Of a stretch of 64,000 nucleotides of DNA, positions 47,151-57,454 are shown piece by piece. The notes below the pieces were generated by a model. It was not told the DNA's origin, did not search any database, and saw only the letters and a list, made by a program, of their open reading frames with translations. A program made the position numbers and the translations under genes. The stretch lies in assembly GCF_038025025.1 (NCBI RefSeq), contig NW_027117349.1, positions 1,116,001 to 1,180,000 of the forward strand, read 5' to 3'. Position 1 is the first letter of the stretch. Each line of letters opens with the position of its first letter. The DNA is from Phyllosticta citribraziliensis (taxonomy: Eukaryota).

Positions 47151-48721
47151 CATTATCCTCCAGCAACGTCCTGCTCTGACATCGACAGCTCCCGCAGCTG
47201 AGGATTTGGCCAAGTCAAACACCTCGTACTTCGACCATCCAGGCGGACCGGATGATTGCGACAACCCCACACGAATGAGATGCGACAATTGTATGACTGA
47301 ATGTCTCACGTTACAAACCACGCGAGAGGCATGGGACGGCGTTTCGAAACGACTCAGCGGGACCTTTTCTTTCCTCGGTAACCTTCTCCTTGATATCCCA
47401 AGTTTTGTTTGTTTTCTCGTGTTTGCGACTTGTCCTTTTTAGCGAGCGTTCTTTGTTGGGGTTTGGGTTTCGGATCCTCCTCTTTACTGATTTCGACCGG
47501 CAGAGCCTGGTCCTTTTATTCTTGTCTTTTGCATCTCTGGGAGGTTCGCATGTCCAAGCATTTCAAAGACGGTTAGGCCTCGCGGCCACTCTGGGCGGGT
47601 ACACTTGGATGTTTTGCCCGTTGTACTTTCTTTTCAAACGTCGTCAAGGAGGCCGTGTCGAAATGGGCTAGCCCCATTCCTCGACGCCGCGGCCTCGTGT
47701 CTGCCACTTTGACGGGATCAATTGGGGACGGCGACACCGAAGCATTCTACGCATCTGGCATGTTTATAATGTTTCTTGCGCGTGGCGGCGAGTGTCGAGG
47801 AACACTGGCACGCACTCGACGAGCACGGAGGTTGGACTGCTTGAAGCAGACGCCCCGGTTGATGGCCTCTCCGCTTGCGGACAGACTTGAAGCGTCGTGT
47901 CGTGGTGCGAGTGCTCCTCGAGGCCTCGCTGGACGTGCAGACATAGGGTCATCTCCTATGCCTCAGCACGGTCTGGGGATGCTCTTTGCTAGTCAAGGAG
48001 AACTGGATGCTGGAGCGACCACAGTAGTAAAAACGTAATAAAACAAATTGAGGATTTGACGTGGTACACGCCGCCGTCTGTTGTGAAGCTTAAACTAGCG
48101 CAAGGTACTGAGTGCCAACAGAGCCTCCTTGACCTGACGCATTGGGCGAAGGTCGGCCTGGTAGTGACCTAACGGCACGGGGAGATAACGTCAGCCACAG
48201 CAGACGCAGATGACATCTACAACCACGACCTACATACCTATTCACTTGATCCATTTGCCCGGTCGAGCGACTACGAGACCCCGCATCGTCGTGAGACGTC
48301 AGGCATTGCCAAAAGTCTGTCGCGAAACCATCACTGCTGGCCGTTTCAGCCGCAGCCGCAGCCGCGCACCCACGCCCAGTCGCACTTGTCCATCAACCTC
48401 AGCAGACGGACGGCATCACCGCCAGCCCATCATCAAAGCGCCTCCCTCCTTTGTCGTCGAGAGCGCGCAGTGGCGACTTGCCAACCGCCTGGAACTGGAC
48501 CTGGACCTCCACTCGACTCGACCCACTCCGCCCCGGTTGACGGATCCCTTTGTTGCCTCAGTCACGCAATGCAGCCTGTCCCCTCGCGATGCCTCTGACC
48601 CTGACCACGGCCTCCGACTTTGATCCTGTACAGCACGCCTCACCCTCGTTTTCCAGCGCCAGTGCCAGCGACAGTGCCAGCCCTGCACCTGCACCTGCAC
48701 CTGCACCTCCACCGCCGTGAG

Positions 48722-50740
48722 ATGCCGCCGCCAACCTCGCGCGCCAGTCCGCAGCCGACGGTACGTCTGCCTCCCACCGCGCCGCCAGCACCACTGCCTA
48801 ACGCGGCACCGCTACAGGACGACTCCACCGCCCGCCCCAACACCCCACCTTCGTATCTTTCAGCCTTGCGCCAGCTCGAATCCCCCGTGTCGCCCCAGGT
48901 CATCAACCTGGCCGCGACGCTGACAACCCAGGCCGAAAACGAGGCCGATGCGGACAACGTCAGCTTCCTGCGCCGGCCCATGGACCCGCAGGACGAGTGG
49001 CGCCAGCAGAACGCGGCCGCGGAGGACGAGCTATTTGAGGAAGTGCGCGCGGCCCGCGATCGTCTGAGAGCGCGGACGGTCGAGTTGCACCAACACGAGC
49101 AAGACACGCGCGATCGCCAGATGCGCTTGTCGCGTGTCATGGAACGGCTCGAACGCCTGAACCGCCTTCACTTTGCCATGCCCTATAGCGATCGTGTGCC
49201 ACATCAGAACAACCTCTACGACTGGAGCCCTCCGGCCGAGACGGAAAACCAAGATGACTTGCGGGACATGATATCAAACGAGGGCGCTCGGAACGTGCGC
49301 GAGCTCAGGAGACACTGGGAGCGGCAGCAGAGGAATGAGGGCTCGAGAACATCGGAATCGAGATGGAGCTCCTCCACTGCCCAGCCCTCCGAGTCGTCAC
49401 TGAGGTCGACACAATCGAGAAGACCACCGCGATTCTCTGCGAGATCGAGGGATAACATGCAACGCTACATCACAGACCGCGACACCGCCTTTCGCGGCGC
49501 TCAATCTGGCGACCTCGGTCGCATCCAAACAAGCCGTTATGGTTGGCACTCGTCGATAGAGCCGCGTCCTGCCGACCCGTCTGCGCGGGCGTGGACACCA
49601 CCAGGACCTTCCACGGTGAGGGATAGAGCGTGGGATCGAGACTATCGGCGGGCATTTCTTGAGAATCCCAGCAGCAACCCCCCTCCTTCGTCTCCCTGGC
49701 TGGAGCAAACCATTAGGTACCTCTCCAAAATACGAACCTCTGAAAGCTACGAGGATAGTCTCTTTCACGCCGTAGATGCTGGTTTCGTTACAAAGGAATT
49801 CTTCGGCGACAACCATGAGGATTTCATCTTGGACGTCGGCTCGATACCCCAGCCAGCGGAAACGTCTTGGCTCGCCCCTGGAGCAGTCTTTTCCGGGTCG
49901 CAACATGCTACGACAGTTACCTCGAGCTCCACTTCATCCTCACAAACACCGACGACTACCGCCACCACCCTTTACCGACTCCACAATAACGACAATTCCC
50001 TAAGATCGACATCTTACGGCGCCGATCCCCTTGGATCACACAGGACCGATGACGCCAGACCTCCGCACACCCAGCACCAGCAAGACCGATGGCCTGTCAA
50101 AGTGACAATTCACGCTGTCGACTGGGCTAAAATGACCCTCTCCGCCACCATGGAAGCCTACAACGTTCCTTCACATCCACCGCAGTACCCTGGAAACAAC
50201 CTCGATGCCGCTATACCTCCTCGCCCTGGGACTCGCACGTCGAGCATTACGACGTACCTCGAAGGCGAGATTCTCGACTTTCAGACACATACGCTATTGA
50301 CGGAGAGCTTCAAGAGCAGTCCGGCGACGGACGCCACATACTGGCGAAAACTACCCCCGTTTGCCCACTTGCGCGACAACGACCTAATCCACAGCCTCGT
50401 CAGTCACGAATACGTATCCAAGCTCGCCAACGAGTGGATCTTGATGCGGTGGAAGGAGCGCTGCTTCGTCAAGTCGACGGGCGCAGCTCGTCGTCAGCAA
50501 CAGCAGCAGCAGCAGCAAAACCCTCCTCCCGTCTACCCATCGACGGCGCGCACCTCGGTCGACGAGGAAATGGCAGAGGATGGCTGCGGCCTCACCATCT
50601 CGGGCTTCTACTACGTCTGTTTGCGCCGCAGCGACGGCGCCGTCGAGGGCTTGTACTACGACCCGCAGAGTAGCCCGTATCAGCATCTGAAGCTGTCGCC
50701 TGTCGGCGGCGGCAACTTTCCTGTCTGGGGCTTCAGGTGA
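48722..50740 (+). CDS. GID4: GID4/Vid24-family substrate receptor of the GID E3 ligase
   Basis: WLAPGAVFSGSQ, WPVKVTIHAVD, TTYLEGEI, DATYWRKLPPF, WILMRWKERCFV, LTISGFYYVCLRRSDGAVEGLYYDPQSSPYQHLKL. Confidence 0.9.
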   Translation: MPPPTSRASPQPTVRLPPTAPPAPLPNAAPLQDDSTARPNTPPSYLSALRQLESPVSPQVINLAATLTTQAENEADADNVSFLRRPMDPQDEWRQQNAAAEDELFEEVRAARDRLRARTVELHQHEQDTRDRQMRLSRVMERLERLNRLHFAMPYSDRVPHQNNLYDWSPPAETENQDDLRDMISNEGARNVRELRRHWERQQRNEGSRTSESRWSSSTAQPSESSLRSTQSRRPPRFSARSRDNMQRYITDRDTAFRGAQSGDLGRIQTSRYGWHSSIEPRPADPSARAWTPPGPSTVRDRAWDRDYRRAFLENPSSNPPPSSPWLEQTIRYLSKIRTSESYEDSLFHAVDAGFVTKEFFGDNHEDFILDVGSIPQPAETSWLAPGAVFSGSQHATTVTSSSTSSSQTPTTTATTLYRLHNNDNSLRSTSYGADPLGSHRTDDARPPHTQHQQDRWPVKVTIHAVDWAKMTLSATMEAYNVPSHPPQYPGNNLDAAIPPRPGTRTSSITTYLEGEILDFQTHTLLTESFKSSPATDATYWRKLPPFAHLRDNDLIHSLVSHEYVSKLANEWILMRWKERCFVKSTGAARRQQQQQQQQNPPPVYPSTARTSVDEEMAEDGCGLTISGFYYVCLRRSDGAVEGLYYDPQSSPYQHLKLSPVGGGNFPVWGFR

Positions 50741-51555
50741 AGCTGCTGCGAGCGATCTTTCTCTGTTGACGAGTGCTGGATGGACACTGTGCACGGAATT
50801 CGTTGAGTTGGCGCGGCACTGCAGCGGCCGTCTTGTCTGTTGTCCGACTGCCGCGTAACCGCACTTGGTCTGGCGTCGTGGATGAAGCGTGCGTACGAGC
50901 AAGTCTTCCTCGCCGCTGTCTATCCCCTGCCGTCCATCCGTCCACCTCCAGCCCAGCCCAGTCCAGTCCATCAAGCAAGTCAGCAAGAAAGATAGCCAGC
51001 CGCCTGAAGTACCGCCGGTCTGCGCGGGCCCCTGTCGCTCGTCGCACCTGTTGCACACTACCGGTACCCTCACTACCACCTCCTACGCCTCGCCATCGCT
51101 TCTCCCGCCCTACATACCTACTCCTACCTCGTTGGATACTCGCACTGCGGCGCGTCGCGCACCCGGGCGTTATGGGATAGCGGGGCGAGCGACCGCTTTT
51201 TTGGGCACATCTTTTGGAGCGGAGGGGTGCGAGAGCAAGCGCCAGACGGTTGGACTGTTGGTTGAACGGCGGTGGTGGTGGTGCGTGCGAGCCAGTGTAG
51301 CCATGGATGGTCGGGTCTGGTCGGGCAGTCTGTCGCCCGTGTATGTGGACGTGGACAGATTCATTCTGTGCGTGTGCCTACCGGGGGCGTGTACGTATTG
51401 TGTGCGTATCGTGTACCTACATATGTACCTTACCTGCTCTATACAAATACCCCCCAACCCTACTACTACTAGATGTACTTGTTGGATTATGCTACGCTAC
51501 GCTACGCTGTTGATCTGTGGATAGCTTACGTGGGTGGGTGCGGTTTGCTGACTCC

Positions 51556-52027
51556 CACAGCGGGTGTCGAAAGAAATGAATGCTCCCTGGAGCTGGCTGC
51601 AGTAATGAAGGACTGCTTCTTAAGCGTGGCTACAGCATTGCGTGAATGCTCCTTGGGCTCTGGGATTCGGCTTGTGGCTGGGATGGGACGAGAGGTGGCG
51701 ATGAGAGGAGAAGTGGGATGGGAAGCTTTGTTGCAGTGGGTGGATGGATGGATTGAGCGTGAGTTGAGCTATTACGCTTGTATGTATGTACGTATGTCTG
51801 CATGCAACGCAGTCAAGGGAATATTACTAGCTGTTCAGTCCTACACTGTACATGACATACCAAATATACGAATGTTCACGTCAGTTTATTGTGTATCTGG
51901 CGCAAGTGTGATGGCGGATGAATGCTCCCTGAGCCCACGCTCAATATTGGAGGGTAAACTAATTAGCTATCGTTACGCCATGCGTGAAGTAGAAGTACAG
52001 CATTCCCTTATTTTGGCCCCATGTGTA
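51556..52027. mobile_element. Candidate decayed MITE / Tc1-mariner-like remnant
   Basis: Imperfect 29-nt inverted ends at 51556-51584 and 51999-52027 (19/29 identical by hand); three TGAATGCTCCYT copies; left end resembles sequences at 41779 and 28157. Confidence 0.35.
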
Positions 52028-53026
52028 CCCTATGTCAGGCGTCTTGTAGAAGCCGTTGGCGGAGAGGTTAACTTGGTCACAGTACGCGGCGTGCGCAATC
52101 TCCTTCATGGTCACTGTGGACCCCATTTCCTCATACTACTCAATGATATTTATACTACTTAGTCTATAATGTGCGCCAGTTTTAAACTAGGTATCTTTTT
52201 CATATACCTTAATAACCTCTGATATGTGTAGTTTAATTTATAATATTAAGTACAATATATAGTACTGTCGGCAACAAAACTTCAGACTCACCATTGCGGG
52301 GCGGCGCTCTGGCAGCACCGCCACCAAACTGATTATTCAGAGCTCCGTAGCGATTTTGGGTTCATGGGTATTTTGTATTTGCGTTTTGTATTTTATACAC
52401 TGCAATGCGTCTTGAGCCTTGGAAGTAAGAGTTAGTATTTGTATATTTGTGTATGATAGGCTGCTGACTCGCTTCACAAATTCATGTCCCTCTTGGAAGA
52501 AGAGACTTTTGCTTCATGATGGGCACGGGATGGGAACGTGATGAGTGTGGAAGAAGACGTGGTCCCCTTGGCGGGGACTCACTGTGCTATGCCCAACACT
52601 TGTGCATTCCTTCGCTAGCGCGATTGCTTCCTCGACTCCTTCTTCATGTCTCTGGAGAGCGATGTTGGCGCGCGAGGTAACTGCTTCTAGTTGCCTTTGC
52701 TTCTGGAACTGTCTTCGGGAACGTCTGAAAAGCCGTCTCCCATCTGCAGCCGCAGACAGACGGTCCGGTGTAGACTGTAGAGGCGTCGGGTGTCCTTTGA
52801 AATCAAAAAGGAAGGCAGTTGGATCAGCGAGACTCTTCCTAGTACTCCGTTCGCGTGGAATATAGAACCAGAAGGCACCACACGGACCGGCAGCCGCACG
52901 GCCCCGCTCCACGTGCGGCGATCGCACAGCGGCAGGCCGAAAAATTTAAACATCTCAGCCAGCCGTCCGCCAAAACTCCACGACCCAACGACCAAAACAA
53001 CAGCAAAAAGAATCTCGTGGGAATTG

Positions 53027-53118
53027 AGCCCAACGCGGGGCTCGAACCCGCAGCCTTAAGATACCAGGTACTCAGGTGTACTAAGAGTCTTACGCTCTAC
53101 CGATTGAGCTAGCCAGGC
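53027..53118 (-). tRNA. tRNA-Lys(CTT) with 19-nt intron
   Basis: Minus strand GCCTGGCTAGCTCAATCGGTAGAGCGTAAGACTCTTA[GTACACCTGAGTACCTGGT]ATCTTAAGGCTGCGGGTTCGAGCCCCGCGTTGGGCT forms a cloverleaf; intron 53063-53081 follows position 37; T5 Pol III terminator at ~53006-53009 region. Confidence 0.96.
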
Positions 53119-53321
53119 AGCTGGACGGAATTTGTGAGGATCCTGAGCTGTTGTTGAGATACCGACGAGGTTTTGGGTTTATAACGGCACCGTCTGGTCG
53201 TCACCTTGGTGCCTTATTTGGTCTCGTCATTTCGTAAGGCCGGACTCCAGGATCCAGGGACGGGCGCCTTGTTGTGTGGTGTGGTGAGCCGAAGTGATCG
53301 GACCGCGGCCTTTGGCGGCTC

Positions 53322-53853
53322 TCAGAGTCCCTCGGGATGTCCGCCAGTGTTCTGCACGACTCTCCTGGCGTCGGCTTCGAGCTCGGGGAACGCAGCCATG
53401 ATCTTCTTGGCCAGGATGTCTCGAAACTGCGCGTACGCCTCGGCCTTGCCCTTGAGCTTTTGGTTGTTTTTCTGGACGAGTTCGGAAAATTCGCGCGTGT
53501 AGATGTCCGGGTTGCGCCCTTTTTCTACGTAGGCGACTATCTCGGGAGGCACCATGAGCGATACGTTTGAGGCCTGGCGCGAGAGTTGGAGCAGGTTCGA
53601 GAGGAGCTCGGTTCTGGGTAGACGTCAGCGCCGTGGGTTTGATAGGGTGGATGTTGTGGTCGAGTCGTACATTTCCCGCTTCATCGCATCTTCGGTGTTG
53701 GTGCCTTGAAAGTCGTGGACTTGGACGACGAGCTGGTAGAGGTTCTGGATGATGCGCTTCATTTGCACTGCCGATTTGTTAGTCGCGTCGACACCAATGG
53801 GCTAAAAACTCACCATCGACCGGCTCGAGCGCCGATGAAGGATCGGGAGCCAT
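53322..53853 (-). CDS. MED10: Mediator subunit Med10 (Nut2), 3 exons
   Basis: Spliced MAPDPSSALEPVDVQMKRIIQNLYQLVVQVHDFQG...VPPEIVAYVEKGRNPDIYTREFSELVQKNNQKLKGK. Confidence 0.93.
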
Positions 53854-54163
53854 CTTGAATGCGTGGTCTGGGTTCGCAATGACAATGCTCTGTAGGGAGT
53901 GTTGGTGTTGGTGAAGCTGGAGCTCCGTCGGCTCACCGCCTGGGAGCTTCGGCCGGTCAACATCGGGCCGGCCTCCCATCACGTCGGCCGTCGAGCTCGA
54001 CGAAGTCCACGATAGTGACGACTCGGGACTGGACAGCTCTACAGCCTCCTTCGACAACCCCTTTACGAGCCCATATCCGCAAGAGGACCCTTCTCCTCCG
54101 CAACACCAGTGGATCGCGCGCCACCCAGCAGCAATGCGCCCAAGCCCAGATTGACCTGATGCC

Positions 54164-57100
54164 ATGCAACCGCTCCCGACCAGAACGTCGAGCTCCCCTC
54201 AAGGCTCCGTTCCCATCGCCCCGAAGCTCGCTACAGGCGTAGATGCGGGCATTACAGCTCCCAGCGCGCGTCCCGTCACCACCTCTAGATCCGAATCGAC
54301 CAGAACAACTGCAGATGTCGCTTCGGACAAGGCAACGGCGGCGTTTATTCGTCGCACCCTGTGCGCACACCATGTTTCGTCCAACATCCTTGCGGGTGGA
54401 GAAAAGGGCAAGACGTCGCAAAAGCCGCTGGACGAGCTCCTGCCGCCCTTGACGAGCTCAAACGAGGTTGACTTGCAGCTGTACGGCATCATATCCGTCA
54501 TCATCAAGGAATTCGTCAACGCCTGGTACGCCAAGATCACACCAGACCATGTATTTGTGGACGAAGTGATTCAAATCATTGCTCACTGCACGCGAGCCCT
54601 CGAGCAGAGGCTGAGGCAGGTGGATCTGGAAGCCTTGATCCTGGACGAGGCGCCCCGGCTGGTCGAGAATCACATTGATGGTAGGTGTCAAGTGCGACGA
54701 CGACTATGCGACTGCGGGCTAATCACTCCTTCCAACAGCATACCGGACCTCGCGCCGAATCTCTGAAAGCAACTCTCTGGCCTCGGATTACCGAAACATT
54801 TACCACACCTTGACACCGCACCCTGCTCTGGACCCGGTCCCGTCAGAGGCAGATCCAGTCACAATCTTGGAGCAACAAGAGAATGAGGCGGCTTGGCGGC
54901 AGCTGTTGGTCCAAGGAGTGCTGGCAGTGCTCTTGCCAACCGAGGATCTGGAGAATGGATGCCTCCGCGCGCTGGTAGTTGAGATATTCTCGGAAATGAT
55001 TATTGGCAATGGCGTCGGCAACAAGGTTTGCGAGCCGTGGCTCCTGTGGGAGGCTGCCGAAAAGATTGCTCAACTCATCCATCCACGCGTGGCAGAAGCA
55101 GAAGACCAAGCGCTTGCCAGCGGTTCAGCAAAGACGACGAGTCGTTTGGAGCAATTTGGTCTGCTCACCTCACCATCCGGAGACGCCGTCGAGCCACGCA
55201 AGCAAAAGAAATCCCGGGGCCGACCAGCCTGGTCCATTGGCGATCTCAACGCCCTGTTTTGGAACATATGCCAGTATACTTTTTTGGCTTTTACGGCATT
55301 GCGCGCCATCATCACGGCTCTTACACGATCGCCCTCGCTCCCTGACAGATCTGTGGGTGGTGTGCACATGTCATCCCCCATGGATGCTAGCCGCCAGTCG
55401 TTGTGGAGCAATAATGCCGCGCCGTCCGCGACAGTGGACGAGCCATGGCCGGTACTCAGCATGAGCGCGTGGACGTGCGCCGCTCAGCTGCTCGAATTCA
55501 AGGCTCGGATGCCATGGCTCGCCGGCCTGGTATCGCTACTTCATTGGGGTGCAGTCAGCGGTCCGGGACAGGTGGGTGGTACAAACAAACCATTGGACAA
55601 GTAAGTCGGACTGTTTCTTTTCTGTCGCACTCCCCATCGCATTCGTTCGACTCTTTCAGCCCATGTCGCCGTTCCCTGTCTAGCTCCGCATGCTCTGGTG
55701 GTCACTTGACTTGGCTGGCAATCCATGTCGGCCTATCGAAGACTGCAGCCCCGGCCCGCGGTTTCATACCCTTATCGTCATGCATCTGGCCCCGGCCGCC
55801 CCAGGGCGAATCGACGAGTCGAGGGCAAAGAAATGCCGACGACGCAAAAGACTCTACTCGCCCAAGAACGAACCTCTCTCCGTCGTCTCTGGCTCCCGGC
55901 GCGCTAGGCCCGCAGCTCGCATGCTACAGCTCAACAATACGGACCCGCCATCAATCCTGGAATTGCAACCTGTACCATTTTCTCTCACCTGGAAAGGCGT
56001 GCCGTATGCATCCGGCTGATCTGCCTTCCGCCCACTGGCATGCTCGGGACCGGCCGCTATTCGCAAGGGGTCGCGGCCAGGAAGCCCTGTTTAACGCGAA
56101 GCCTGCGAGACTCGTCTGGCATTGGACGCCGCTTACGCCTTGGACCGCAACCGCAATTAAGATGCGCACCAATTCGAGCCCCTCATGCGACCATGAGAGT
56201 GACATCAGCCCATCTCCTCACTTTGGACAAGAATTTCGTTGGGCATCACGGCGGGGAGTCGGCGACCAGTGTCCGATGCCTGTCTCATGTCAACCATGGA
56301 CCTGCCAATTGCGCTTTATGCCATCTCGATCTCACCACCGCCGCGACCTTAATTCTTGAATGCTATACGGCTCGTATGCATCCGGCCGGTAAAATGAGGG
56401 TCCTATTCGGCGCCGGACGTTTTGCCTTGGCGGACATTTGCTCCTCGGACTGGCGATCCTTTCAATTCGCTTACCCATTGGTTTCGCCGCGTCCCCATCA
56501 TCCCCTGAGGACCATCGATTCCAGACGCGGTCCTATCAAGGTCGCAACGTCACCGACACGGCCATCATGCTATTCAAGTCGTCGGGAATCTCCCACCCAC
56601 GACACCAAAGCGGACTAGTCCGGCGAGCATCCAATAGCGTTATCCCGGTTCTCGTTTCCCAGGCCCTCGCATATGGATGCGAATCCGTCAATGACTCCAA
56701 TTTTACCAAATTTTCCCAGAAACCCCGTCTTCGCTTCTGCACATCCCCTCTGCCCACCCATGCAACATGATGCCCTTTTTTATTTTCTTTCTCTCAGACG
56801 ACTGCGGGAATCGCGTCAATGATGTCCATCACGACCAGATGAGTAAAGTTGACTAACGACCAATGATCTTTTCTTGTGCACAGACTGCTTTCCCACCACC
56901 TTCGCTCGCACCTGCTCAACCCAGCGCTGCTGCCGCCCTTGCTGCGCACGTTGCGCGCTGCCCTTTTCCCCAACAACGCCCCGGCTCCGGCGCGCGTGGC
57001 GCCTTCGCCCGAGGAGGAGCTCGCCATCAAACGCAGGGCTGCGCAGGCCGTGTTGGCGGCGACGCCGGCGGCGGTGAGGCCTCGCTTGTTCGGCAGGGCC

Positions 57101-57454
57101 AGGGCCAGGGCCAGACCAACGTCGTCTCCGGGCGGCTCGTCTTCCTCTGCTAGTACTCATGCTGCGGCGCCGCCTTCGCCTGCGACCACGACGACTGCTG
57201 CTGATGCGTCGGCGCCGTCGCCTATTCCCGCCGCAAGCGAGGAGCGTGGAAGCGGTGGTAGCGACGAGCCCGAGTCGGACGACGTGGTCCAGAGAAGGCA
57301 GGTCGAGCGGCTGCTGGATGTGCTGGGCGACCCGTACTTGAACAAGCACCTGGTGTTTGGGCTGATTGAGCTCATCGTCGTGCGCTTGCTGCCCGAGCTC
57401 GGGGAGAAGGGCGTCGACGCGCTGATGGAGGAGCGGCTGGGGTATAGCCTCTAG
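54164..57454 (+). CDS. PXA-domain protein with sorting-nexin C-terminal motif and no PX/RGS domain, 3 exons
   Basis: PXA motifs LLPPLTSSNEVDLQLYGIISVIIKEFVNAWYAKIT, PHPAL, LLPTEDLEN; last exon ALFP...NKHLVFGLIELIVVRLLPEL. Introns at 54681-54738 and 55601-56883. Confidence 0.88.

Noticed and set aside
52514..52927. 137-aa minus-strand ORF downstream of the tRNA
   Set aside because: No ATG start and no recognisable domain; only a short helical-looking stretch, too weak to call.
55601..56883. Telomerase RNA, RNase P/MRP or TPP riboswitch within the long intron
   Set aside because: I found no TAACCCTAA-type template or the conserved core motifs of these RNAs by eye; a covariance-model scan is still needed.
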